Assembly: GCA_964582465.1 (NCBI GenBank)
Contig: CAZOQX010000003.1
Span: 1,115 to 65,114, forward strand
DNA: 64,000 nt
Direction of reading: 5' to 3'
Source: an uncultured Candidatus Saccharibacteria bacterium
GTDB taxonomy: Bacteria; Patescibacteriota; Saccharimonadia; UBA4664; CAZOQX01
Below, piece after piece: positions 56,114-64,000 of this stretch (position 1 is the first letter of the stretch; every line of letters begins with the position of its first letter). A model generated the notes under the pieces. It was not told where the DNA came from, did not search any database, and was given only the letters and a program-made list of their open reading frames with translations. The translations under genes and the position numbers were made by a program.

Positions 56114-56509
56114 TCACCTAATCCCCGAATCAAATCGAATTACCACCCGGACGTCTTCGCCATCAGCCACTACCACTGGCTGTTGCCCGCCACCTATAGC
56201 CAGATTCACGGGGATGGCTGTACCGATCAAAGTATAGCGACCCGGCTTAACTTTAACTCTGAACTTACCATCCATATCAGATTTAGTTTTTGCCACTTTT
56301 TTTCCGGCAGAATCATTTACTTCAACCGAGTAGCTAAGGAGAGGCTTGCTGCACGGCCCGCCAAACTGGCATACGGGGCTGGTGGGACTAACCATGGCCG
56401 TACCGGAAATTGTCGCCGTTTGACCAGTGTGCGAGTGGTAATACAACCACAACCCAAAAGCACCTAGCACAACTACAATTACTACCAGCCAAGGCCATTT
56501 CTTCCTCAT
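56114..56509 (-). CDS. Hypothetical membrane-anchored/secreted protein (131 aa)
   Basis: N-terminal TM anchor WPWLVVIVVVLGAFGLWLYY, followed by a beta-rich domain. Confidence 0.45.
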   Translation of the reverse strand: MRKKWPWLVVIVVVLGAFGLWLYYHSHTGQTATISGTAMVSPTSPVCQFGGPCSKPLLSYSVEVNDSAGKKVAKTKSDMDGKFRVKVKPGRYTLIGTAIPVNLAIGGGQQPVVVADGEDVRVVIRFDSGIR

Positions 56510-56836
56510 TTGCGGCCAACTTCTTCATACGCGGAAACCACGATCGAGCTCAAATTAGCCCATAAAAGCGGCATCCAGATCGGTACGCCGGCCAGTTGAG
56601 GCCGGGCGTAAACCCAAGCATGGGAAATGTTAACTAAAAAAGCTTCAGCCAAAAACCCCATTATGAGAGTGAGCAAGAACCAACGCGATTCGTGCTTAAG
56701 CGGCAGGTGGCGGTGTTTGACTATGGCCGCCACAATTAGCGCAAACACTAGTAGAAATGGCCAGCGCCACAAGGCGGCTACAGCAAACATCAGGAAAGCA
56801 AAGTAAAAACTGAGCCAAGAAAGTTTCTTATTCACC
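56506..56836 (-). CDS. Hypothetical integral membrane protein (start uncertain; GTG at ~56836 chosen to minimise overlap with the Mur ligase)
   Basis: Three or four hydrophobic helices (SWLSFYFAFLMFAVAALW; FLLVFALIVAAIV; WFLLTLIMGFLAEAFLV). Confidence 0.35.
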
Positions 56837-58138
56837 TGGGCCTCGCTTGATTGCCCTGGCAGCCTCAGCCATCTCGTCCCACGGCCGTTTTTCCTTTCCG
56901 TGCAGAATATTTGATTCATGCCCCTTACCGAGCAGCAGAATCGTATCGTCTTTTTTAGCTAAATCGACCGCCTTTTTGATCGCTTTAGAGCGGTCATGCA
57001 CCAGGAAAAGATCCTGGTCAAGCTTTTTGCCAGCCTTCTTCGCGCCCGCCGCGATTTCGTCCATAATCACCAAGCCATCCTCGGTCCGATCATCCTCTTC
57101 CGTGATCACCACGATATCACACCACTTCCCCGCTACCTCGCCCTGCATCGGCCGCTTAGCGTGGTCGCGCTCACCGGCGCTACCGAATACCACAATCAGG
57201 CGCCCTTTGGTCACCGGTTTAATTTCGGCAAAGACCTTTTCAAACGACTCGGGCGTGTGGGCATAATCCACAATCAAGGTAAAATCCTGGCCCAAATCAA
57301 CCGTGTTCATTCGTCCCTCGACGCTTTTTACGCCAACAATCCCGTCTTCAATTTGCTTGTCGCTTAGTTTAAGCGCGATGCCGACTCCAATCGCCGCCAA
57401 AGCATTTAGCACGTTAAAGCTGCCGGGCAAATTCAGCCACAAATTCAATGTCCGGTCCCTATAACTGGCCGTAAAACCACTGCCGCCCGCCTCGGCAGTA
57501 ATATTAGACCCTCGCAATTCCCCTTTGGAAATCCCATACGTCAACGGTTTAGGTACCACCCCAGCGAACAAATCCGCACTAGGGTCTTCGGCATTCACCA
57601 CTCCCACACCTGAACTGTGAGGATTTTGGGCCACCCGTTTAAACAGTCGCAGCTTCGCATCACGGTAACGTTCAAAAGAGCCGTGATAATCCAGATGCTC
57701 ATGCGTCACATTTGTCATCACAGCCAGCGAATAACGAATCCCCCACAGCCGACCCTGAGCCAGAGCATGGCTGGTCGTTTCAATAATGATCCAATCAAGC
57801 TGGTGGGCCCGGGCTTGCTTCAAAATCTTCACTAGCGGAAAAGCCTGGATCGCCGTCATCCGAGTCGGATTTGGCCGCAGCCCATCTCCCACATCCACGG
57901 AAACGGTCGTCACCAACCCAACCTTAAACCCCGCCGCTTTCAGCATGCTATGAATTAAGGTGCTGGTCGTGGTTTTGCCGTCTGTACCAGTTACACCGAT
58001 AATTTTCAATTTTCGCGCCGGAAAGCCACCGAGCAGCTGCGCGAGCATCATTTCGCCGGTGTGCCCCCACGGCTCAATTAATTTGAACAGCCGCTTCGGA
58101 ATAAAGAACTTTACTAATCTGCGAAATTTTTCTTCCAT
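56828..58138 (-). CDS. murE: Mur ligase family protein (MurE-like UDP-N-acetylmuramoyl-tripeptide ligase)
   Basis: ...KIIGVTGTDGKTTTSTLIHSML... is the P-loop of Mur ligases. The central and C-terminal Mur ligase domains are present. Confidence 0.7.
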   Translation of the reverse strand: MEEKFRRLVKFFIPKRLFKLIEPWGHTGEMMLAQLLGGFPARKLKIIGVTGTDGKTTTSTLIHSMLKAAGFKVGLVTTVSVDVGDGLRPNPTRMTAIQAFPLVKILKQARAHQLDWIIIETTSHALAQGRLWGIRYSLAVMTNVTHEHLDYHGSFERYRDAKLRLFKRVAQNPHSSGVGVVNAEDPSADLFAGVVPKPLTYGISKGELRGSNITAEAGGSGFTASYRDRTLNLWLNLPGSFNVLNALAAIGVGIALKLSDKQIEDGIVGVKSVEGRMNTVDLGQDFTLIVDYAHTPESFEKVFAEIKPVTKGRLIVVFGSAGERDHAKRPMQGEVAGKWCDIVVITEEDDRTEDGLVIMDEIAAGAKKAGKKLDQDLFLVHDRSKAIKKAVDLAKKDDTILLLGKGHESNILHGKEKRPWDEMAEAARAIKRGPGE

Positions 58139-59178
58139 CAGTAGAACAGCTCGTGCTTAACTTTCACATTATAGGCCTGGACGAGACGTTCACCGAGCTT
58201 AGTCCAGACTCGGTAGCGGGCACTCGCCAGCGGCAAATCCCACAGCCCGACGTATTCAGTGATATATGGATTAAAGCCAGTTTTGAAGCGGGCCAAACCG
58301 GCAAAACGGTGGTCTGGGTTATCGATTTCGGCGGCCGGAGGTGTGCCGTGCAAATCATATTCCGTAACACCGCGGGCTTTCAGCCAGCGCATCACTTCCC
58401 ACTGCAGTAAATAGGCCGCTTGCAGATCTGAGTGCTCTCGGGTCGAGCCACCATCCTTATACAGGCCCTTTTTACCCAGAAAAGTAGCGAAAACTCCGGC
58501 GAGCACCTGACCCTCGTAACGCGCAAAGAACATCTGGCCAGTTCCGCCGGCAGCGTGCAAGTGCCAAAAGTCTGCAAAGTAATCAATTGAGCGCAGATAA
58601 AATCCGGCGCGCTCCTTGGTGGCTTGCATGAGCTTATACATTTGTTGAATTGAATCGCGATCCGTGGGCACCGGCTCAATGAGGACTCCTTTGCGCTCGG
58701 CCAGCCGAATATTATAGCGAGTTTTTTGTTTGAAACTCGCGATAATTTCTTCCTCCTCCGGCGCTAAGTCCACCACTACAGTATCAACATTTAACTGCAA
58801 ATCGTGGGCCTTGATCAGCCCCAGTCGGGAGAGTTGATCGGCTTTAACATCTTCGCGCAACAATTCTGGTTCAACTTTGACCAATAGGGCGCCTGTGGCT
58901 GCTGCCGCCAACTGGGGAAGGAGTTTTTGGAATTGATCGAAATCTGCTACGCCGGGGCCCTTGGGCACATACCACAATTCGCCCAGCGCTGTCCGCCGGC
59001 TGAGGGCCAGCACCGCCACCTCTCCTGCCGCTAATTCTCCGATTAAATAATGGGGGTTCCAGCCGTGGCGCTGCTTGGTCTCGGCAAATGCCGCTACCTG
59101 GAGTACGTTGCCGCCATCAGGGTTCGCCGCCACCAGCTCGTCCCACTTTGCTGTTTCAGCCGGGGTCGCAGACCTCAT
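58138..59178 (-). CDS. FemAB-family peptidoglycan interpeptide-bridge aminoacyltransferase, paralog 1
   Basis: Start MRSATPAETAKWDELVAANPDGGNVLQ... An approximately 346-aa FemX/FemAB-like fold, with an ATGA overlap with paralog 2. Confidence 0.65.
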   Translation of the reverse strand: MRSATPAETAKWDELVAANPDGGNVLQVAAFAETKQRHGWNPHYLIGELAAGEVAVLALSRRTALGELWYVPKGPGVADFDQFQKLLPQLAAAATGALLVKVEPELLREDVKADQLSRLGLIKAHDLQLNVDTVVVDLAPEEEEIIASFKQKTRYNIRLAERKGVLIEPVPTDRDSIQQMYKLMQATKERAGFYLRSIDYFADFWHLHAAGGTGQMFFARYEGQVLAGVFATFLGKKGLYKDGGSTREHSDLQAAYLLQWEVMRWLKARGVTEYDLHGTPPAAEIDNPDHRFAGLARFKTGFNPYITEYVGLWDLPLASARYRVWTKLGERLVQAYNVKVKHELFY

Positions 59179-60143
59179 CGGCGCACCAATTTGATCAGCC
59201 GTCGACCAACAGGTTTCAGCACCGGCCACAATCCGACCAATACGTTATACAGGGCAAAATTAAAGGGCAGGTCCAAGCTACCAATATAGTCGGTTTCGGC
59301 TGGTCCAAAGTTGGCTTTAAACTGGCTGACGCCCTCGTTCAGCCGACCGTTAAAGTCATAGGTGCTGAGCCCCGCCGCCTGCATCGCTTCAATGGCCCGC
59401 CACTTTAGTAAATAATTTGCCCGGGCTGCCGCCCCCGCGGCCGTCATGCCACCGTAAAGCTCAAAAGCTACTCCCCCACCTGTCATTAGCCAGACAAACG
59501 CCTCCGGGCGGCTGCCAACCTCGGCGTAGGCTACGAAATTCCGCTCGGGCGCAAGCTCGAACAAGTGTTTGTAATAATCAAAATCATGCAGCCCAAAACC
59601 GGCCCGCTTGGCCGTATCCGCGTAAATGCGCCAGAAGTCGGCCAACTCATCAGGGGAGGTGACCCGTCTAACTTTCACCCCCTCAGCTTCAGCCTTACGC
59701 ATGTATTGCCGTGCCTTTGGCCGCATGTCCGCCATTATCTCCGTTTGATCGCGCCGCAAGTTGATCGTGTAGGTTTCACTCATAAGTACCGGCTGCCTGG
59801 ATCGCCGCCAGCCGTGCGGCAGAGTGCCGGGTGGCCAGGCCGGTTCAACTTTTAAATACAACGCCTTGCGCGTACGCACCAGTTCCGCCAACTCCCTCAG
59901 CAACCCCGCGGCCCTAGTCGGGTCAGCTACTGGTCCTCGCGGCACATATGCAACCTTGAAACCCGTTCCAGGAATCGGCCAAAAAAGCACTTGAGCAGCA
60001 CCGTGTTCACCCTGCCACCGTCTCGGCTCCCAACCATTCAAACGCTTCAATTCGCCCCACTCCCATAGTTGCAAAGGATGGCCATAGGGGCTAGCCTCGA
60101 CCAGTTCGTTCCACTGCTTTTGGTCCGTCACTTCCGTGAGCAT
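59175..60143 (-). CDS. FemAB-family aminoacyltransferase, paralog 2 (start MLTEVTDQKQWNELV...)
   Basis: Homologous to paralog 1 (WNELVEASPYGHPLQ versus WDELVAANPDGGNVLQ). The longer track ORF would overlap tsaD. Confidence 0.65.
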   Translation of the reverse strand: MLTEVTDQKQWNELVEASPYGHPLQLWEWGELKRLNGWEPRRWQGEHGAAQVLFWPIPGTGFKVAYVPRGPVADPTRAAGLLRELAELVRTRKALYLKVEPAWPPGTLPHGWRRSRQPVLMSETYTINLRRDQTEIMADMRPKARQYMRKAEAEGVKVRRVTSPDELADFWRIYADTAKRAGFGLHDFDYYKHLFELAPERNFVAYAEVGSRPEAFVWLMTGGGVAFELYGGMTAAGAAARANYLLKWRAIEAMQAAGLSTYDFNGRLNEGVSQFKANFGPAETDYIGSLDLPFNFALYNVLVGLWPVLKPVGRRLIKLVRR

Positions 60144-60197
60144 AAGGTTATTGTAGCTGAACTTGGTGACCAAAGGCGAGCCCGTTAAAATAGAGGC

Positions 60198-61232
60198 ATG
60201 AATATTCTGGGCATCGAAACCTCCTGCGATGAAACTGCCGCCGCGGTCGTGGCAGATGGCAAACACATTTTGTCGAACATCGTGGCCTCTCAGATCGACT
60301 TGCACGCCCAGTACGGCGGCGTCATTCCCGAGCTTGCTGCCCGCTCACACATCGGGGAAATCGTGCCCGTGGTGGCGCTCGCCCTGAAGGAAGCAAAGCT
60401 CAACTGGGGTCAGATTGATGGCATCGCCGTGACGGCTGGCCCCGGGCTTCTAGGCTCTCTCATGATCGGCACGCTCACGGCTGCAACCCTGGCTGAGATC
60501 AAGCACATACCGCTTTACGGCGTCGATCATGTCGAAGCGCATGCCTACGCCAATTTTCTAGACACAAAACGCCCCCCGGCCTTCCCTCTACTGGCGTTAA
60601 TCGTCTCTGGTGGCCACACCCAGCTAGTACTGTTTAAGAAACATTTGGACTACACCGTTTTAGGCCAAACCCGAGATGACGCCGCTGGTGAGGCATTCGA
60701 TAAAGTGGCAAAGCTGCTTGATCTCGGATATCCCGGCGGCCCCGCCATTGCCAAGTCCGCTCTGGGCGCAAATGAAGCCGCTTACGCTCTGCCAAAACCC
60801 AAACTCGACTCAAACTACGACTTTAGTTTTTCGGGCCTTAAAACGGCTGTATTACGCCTCGTTCAAAACCTAGTCGGCAAGGACTTCACTGCTCCTTCCG
60901 CCGGGCTCGCCAAATCTTTATCCAAGAATCAGATTAATGACCTCGCCGCCTCGTTCCAAAAAACGGTCGTGGATATCCTGGTTAACGCTACCCTATCAGC
61001 CTATGAACAATTCCATCCCCAATCTGTTGTAATCGCAGGAGGAGTTGCCGCTAACCAAAGGTTGCGTGACGAGCTCAAAGCCCGTCTACCCATCGCCATC
61101 GAATACGCTCCGATGAACTTGTGTACCGATAACGCCGCCATGGTCGCCGCGCTGGGCTATCACCTTGCCCACGCCGGCCGCGCGACCGATCCTACCAAGC
61201 TGAAAGCCAATCCGATTCTGAGCATGAGCTAG
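60198..61232 (+). CDS. tsaD: tRNA N6-adenosine threonylcarbamoyltransferase TsaD (Kae1/Gcp)
   Basis: MNILGIETSCDETAAAVV... and the metal-binding HxxxH ...VDHVEAHAYA... Confidence 0.9.
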   Translation: MNILGIETSCDETAAAVVADGKHILSNIVASQIDLHAQYGGVIPELAARSHIGEIVPVVALALKEAKLNWGQIDGIAVTAGPGLLGSLMIGTLTAATLAEIKHIPLYGVDHVEAHAYANFLDTKRPPAFPLLALIVSGGHTQLVLFKKHLDYTVLGQTRDDAAGEAFDKVAKLLDLGYPGGPAIAKSALGANEAAYALPKPKLDSNYDFSFSGLKTAVLRLVQNLVGKDFTAPSAGLAKSLSKNQINDLAASFQKTVVDILVNATLSAYEQFHPQSVVIAGGVAANQRLRDELKARLPIAIEYAPMNLCTDNAAMVAALGYHLAHAGRATDPTKLKANPILSMS

Positions 61233-61265
61233 CAGACACCTGGCAGAAATTGTAAGATTAGCCTT

Positions 61266-63596
61266 ATGGAAATGGAGAAAGCTTACAATCCGGCCAAATA
61301 CGAGGCCGCTATTTATAAGTTGTGGGAAGAATCCGGTGTCTTTGAACCCGATCTTAAGGCTAAAGGCCAGCCCTTTTCGATTATTTTGCCGCCCCCCAAC
61401 GCTAATGGCGATCTGCACCTGGGGCACGCTATGTATGTGGTGGAGGATATTCTGGTGCGTTACCACCGCATGAGTGGCCATCCAACTTTATGGTTACCGG
61501 GTACGGATCACGCCGGCATTGAGACGCAAGTAGTGTTCGAGCGGGAACTAGCCAAACAAGGTAAATCTCGATTTGATCTGGGGCGCGAAGAGTTTTACCA
61601 ACAAGCGTTGGCATTTACGCTGAACAACCAGCCCAAAATCATTAGCCAACTCCGGTCACTGGGTTTTTCTTTGGACTGGTCGCGTCTTAAATTCACGCTC
61701 GACCCCGATATTATCGAAATCGTCTACCAGACTTTCAAGCAAATGATGGCGGACGACCTGATTTATCGTGGCAATCGGATTGTGAACTGGTGCACCAATT
61801 GCCGCTCCAGCTTTGCCGACATCGAAGTGAAGCATGTGGATCAAACCGACGAGCTTTACACGCTTGATTACGACACCGTCCAGATAGCTACGACTCGGCC
61901 TGAAACCATCTTCGCCGACGTAGCCGTAGCTGTCAGCCCCGATGATCCCCGCTTCTCGAAGTTAGTGGGCAAGAATGCCACTGTTCCCCTGGTTGACCGG
62001 CCCGTGCCCATCATCGCCGATACCTATGTTGATCCCAAGTTTGGCACCGGTGCGCTGAAAATCACTCCTGGACACGATACGAACGATTATGAAATCGGGC
62101 GGCGCCATAATCTGCCTGAAATCAGCGTTATCGATCTGGAAGGCCGAATGATCAATGTACCGGATGAACTAGCCGGGCTAACCGTCACGGAGGCTCGCGC
62201 CAAAACTCTGGAACTCCTGAAGAAGGCCGGCAAACTGATTAAAACCACTCCCCTCACCCACGCCGTGGGCACCCACGAACGCTGCGGTACCATCATTGAG
62301 CCACTCATCACCGAGCAATGGTTCCTTCGGATCGAACGGTTAAACCAGCCCGTCATCAAAGCTATCGAATCTGATGAAGTGAAGATTGTACCTGGCCGCT
62401 TCAAAAAGGTCGCCTTGGATTGGCTTAGATCTGAGCATGATTGGAATATTAGCCGGCAAAACTGGTTTGGTATCCGCATACCGATCTACTACAAAACCAG
62501 TAATGACCCCACCAAGGACGCGCACATCTTCGCCACTTCCGATCAAGCAGCCGAAGCCTACTACGGCAAAGACGGCTACCGAGCCGAGACCGACACCTTT
62601 GATACCTGGTTTTCTTCCGGACAATGGCCCTATGCCACCCTTACGGCAACTGGCGACTTCGACCGCTTCTACCCGAGCTCGGTAATGGAGACCGGTCGTG
62701 ACATTTTGACCAAGTGGGTCACCAAAATGGTCCTCTTTGGTCTTTACCGATCTGGCAAAGTTCCCTTTCACACCGTTTACTTACATGGACTGGTGAACGA
62801 CGCCCAGGGCCAGAAAATGAGCAAATCAAAGGGCAATGTAATTAATCCTCTCGATATGACCACCAAGTACGGCACCGATGCGCTCAGGCTCGCCCTAATA
62901 ACGGGAGTCACTCCCGGCAATGACGGTAGTTTGAGCGAAGAAAAAATCGTCGGCTACCGCAACTTCTGTAATAAACTGTGGAACGTGGCCAGATTTACGC
63001 TTGGTAAAGCCGTAAACTACTCCCCCACCCTTCCCGAGTTAAAGTCCGAGGCCGATCATTGGATGGCTACTCGGCTCAATGAAGCCACCGATCGGGTGAC
63101 CAAATCGATTGAGACCTTGCGCTTCTCTGACGCCGCCCAGACGGTTTACCAGGTGCTCTGGAACGACCTAGCCGATGTCTATCTGGAAGCCTCGAAGCAA
63201 TCGGCCAATGTGCCGCTCCTGGTGTACTTCCTCGAGACCATTTTGAAGCTAACCCATCCATTCGCTCCGTTCGTGTCAGAGCAAATCTGGCAGCATATGG
63301 CTTGGCAGAGCCGTAATTTGATAAATTCACCCTGGCCGGATAGGGGAGAGCTAAAACCATCGCAGTCACACACCGACAGTTTCGCGGCTAAGCTGGCGGC
63401 CCGGGCCTTAGCTGATGGCCGATCCCGCCTTGAAAAGGAGCTGAAAGATAAGCGAGCCTACATCAAGTTGCTCGAGAGCCGGGTGGCTGATCCAGGTTTT
63501 GCCAAAGCTTCGGCCCAATTTCGGGATGACACAAAAACCAAGTTGGAGCAGGCCAGATCAGATGTGGCAAGTCTTGACAAACAGCTCAAAGCCTAG
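61266..63596 (+). CDS. valS: Class I aminoacyl-tRNA synthetase, most likely valine--tRNA ligase (compact 776-aa form)
   Basis: HIGH-type motif PPPNANGDLHLGHA, KMSKS motif KMSKSKGN and a C-terminal coiled-coil (...LEKELKDKRAYIKLLESRVAD...), as in ValRS. Confidence 0.65.
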   Translation: MEMEKAYNPAKYEAAIYKLWEESGVFEPDLKAKGQPFSIILPPPNANGDLHLGHAMYVVEDILVRYHRMSGHPTLWLPGTDHAGIETQVVFERELAKQGKSRFDLGREEFYQQALAFTLNNQPKIISQLRSLGFSLDWSRLKFTLDPDIIEIVYQTFKQMMADDLIYRGNRIVNWCTNCRSSFADIEVKHVDQTDELYTLDYDTVQIATTRPETIFADVAVAVSPDDPRFSKLVGKNATVPLVDRPVPIIADTYVDPKFGTGALKITPGHDTNDYEIGRRHNLPEISVIDLEGRMINVPDELAGLTVTEARAKTLELLKKAGKLIKTTPLTHAVGTHERCGTIIEPLITEQWFLRIERLNQPVIKAIESDEVKIVPGRFKKVALDWLRSEHDWNISRQNWFGIRIPIYYKTSNDPTKDAHIFATSDQAAEAYYGKDGYRAETDTFDTWFSSGQWPYATLTATGDFDRFYPSSVMETGRDILTKWVTKMVLFGLYRSGKVPFHTVYLHGLVNDAQGQKMSKSKGNVINPLDMTTKYGTDALRLALITGVTPGNDGSLSEEKIVGYRNFCNKLWNVARFTLGKAVNYSPTLPELKSEADHWMATRLNEATDRVTKSIETLRFSDAAQTVYQVLWNDLADVYLEASKQSANVPLLVYFLETILKLTHPFAPFVSEQIWQHMAWQSRNLINSPWPDRGELKPSQSHTDSFAAKLAARALADGRSRLEKELKDKRAYIKLLESRVADPGFAKASAQFRDDTKTKLEQARSDVASLDKQLKA

Positions 63597-63633
63597 CGTT
63601 TCACACGAAACGGTTTTGCTTTAGAATAGAATC

Positions 63634-64000
63634 ATGCCGGACAAAAACCCCAAAACCCGTTTCTTTGCCTTGGCTGCCACAGTGGTCGCTGCCAGTCTGT
63701 TGTTTTTTATCTTGATCCGGCCGGCTGTTTCCTCCTGGGGAAAGAGTAGGGCAGTCAGTTTAGATCTTACAGCCAGCCACTCCAAAAACACCGGCAAACA
63801 AATCGCTTTATATGAGCTTGCGCTGATGCTATATCCTCACGATAAAGTGGCAGCTTTCGGCCTAGCCGACGTTTTGGCCAGAAGAGGGGATAGGGGAGCG
63901 GCCATTCGCGTACTGGGCCTCCTGCCGCTTACAGAAAGCGGCGAGCGCATCGCTACATTACGCTACGCAGCTGGCAACTATACCGGCGCTATTGCTACCG
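63634..64000 (+). CDS. Hypothetical membrane protein, N-terminal fragment running off the window (possible TPR-like)
   Basis: ATG at ~63634: MPDKNPKTRFFALAATVVAASLLFFILIRPAVS... with no stop before position 64000. Confidence 0.4.
   Translation, partial: MPDKNPKTRFFALAATVVAASLLFFILIRPAVSSWGKSRAVSLDLTASHSKNTGKQIALYELALMLYPHDKVAAFGLADVLARRGDRGAAIRVLGLLPLTESGERIATLRYAAGNYTGAIAT

Noticed and set aside
1-64000. CRISPR arrays, rRNA genes and transposase/integrase genes
   Set aside because: I scanned for short regularly spaced direct repeats, rRNA-like conserved stretches and DDE/tyrosine-recombinase motifs, and found none. The only direct repeats are the two coding duplications already reported.

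Overview
This 64-kb window is a chromosomal segment that is almost entirely coding, mostly on the minus strand. The overall organism identity is inference only: the gene content and order fit a monoderm, reduced-genome bacterium, possibly a Patescibacteria/Saccharibacteria-like lineage. The flanks are about 50% G+C by eye.

The first 15 kb is a type IV pilus super-operon on the minus strand. In transcription order it holds a giant 1490-aa secreted protein, PilN, PilO, a PilP-like protein, PilC, two tandem major-pilin paralogs, three prepilin-type minor pilins, a PilX-like protein, a SurA/PpiD-like chaperone, PilM and a PilB ATPase that runs off the window edge. No PilQ secretin gene is present in the window.

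Positions 15-19.5 kb hold two tandem secreted paralogs that share a nucleotide-identical block of about 373 nt. Also here are lysA, a secreted M15-type peptidase with a peptidoglycan-binding domain, and small secreted proteins.

The remainder is housekeeping: ychF, tlyA, efp, rpsR-ssb-rpsF, recA-recX, a RodZ-like gene, ftsK, RNase J, a family-4 uracil-DNA glycosylase, pnp, rpsO, truB, rpsT with a histone-like tail, holA, fpg, polA, rpoD, dnaG, a tRNA-Ser, a MacB/FtsX-type ABC pair, a bifunctional PGI/PMI, groES-groEL, a MurE-FemAB-FemAB cell-wall block, tsaD and valS.

The most striking feature is a high-GC islet (~42.7-45.1 kb) wedged between polA and rpoD. It carries eight co-directional, translationally coupled small genes: two HTH regulators, two 30-40-aa single-TM peptides and four unknowns. 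They use GGAGG-type ribosome-binding sites and are bounded by terminators, with no integrase or transposase. Several other short high-GC islets carrying small orphan ORFs are scattered among the housekeeping genes. Coordinates I derived by hand, rather than from the ORF track, may be off by 1-2 nt.
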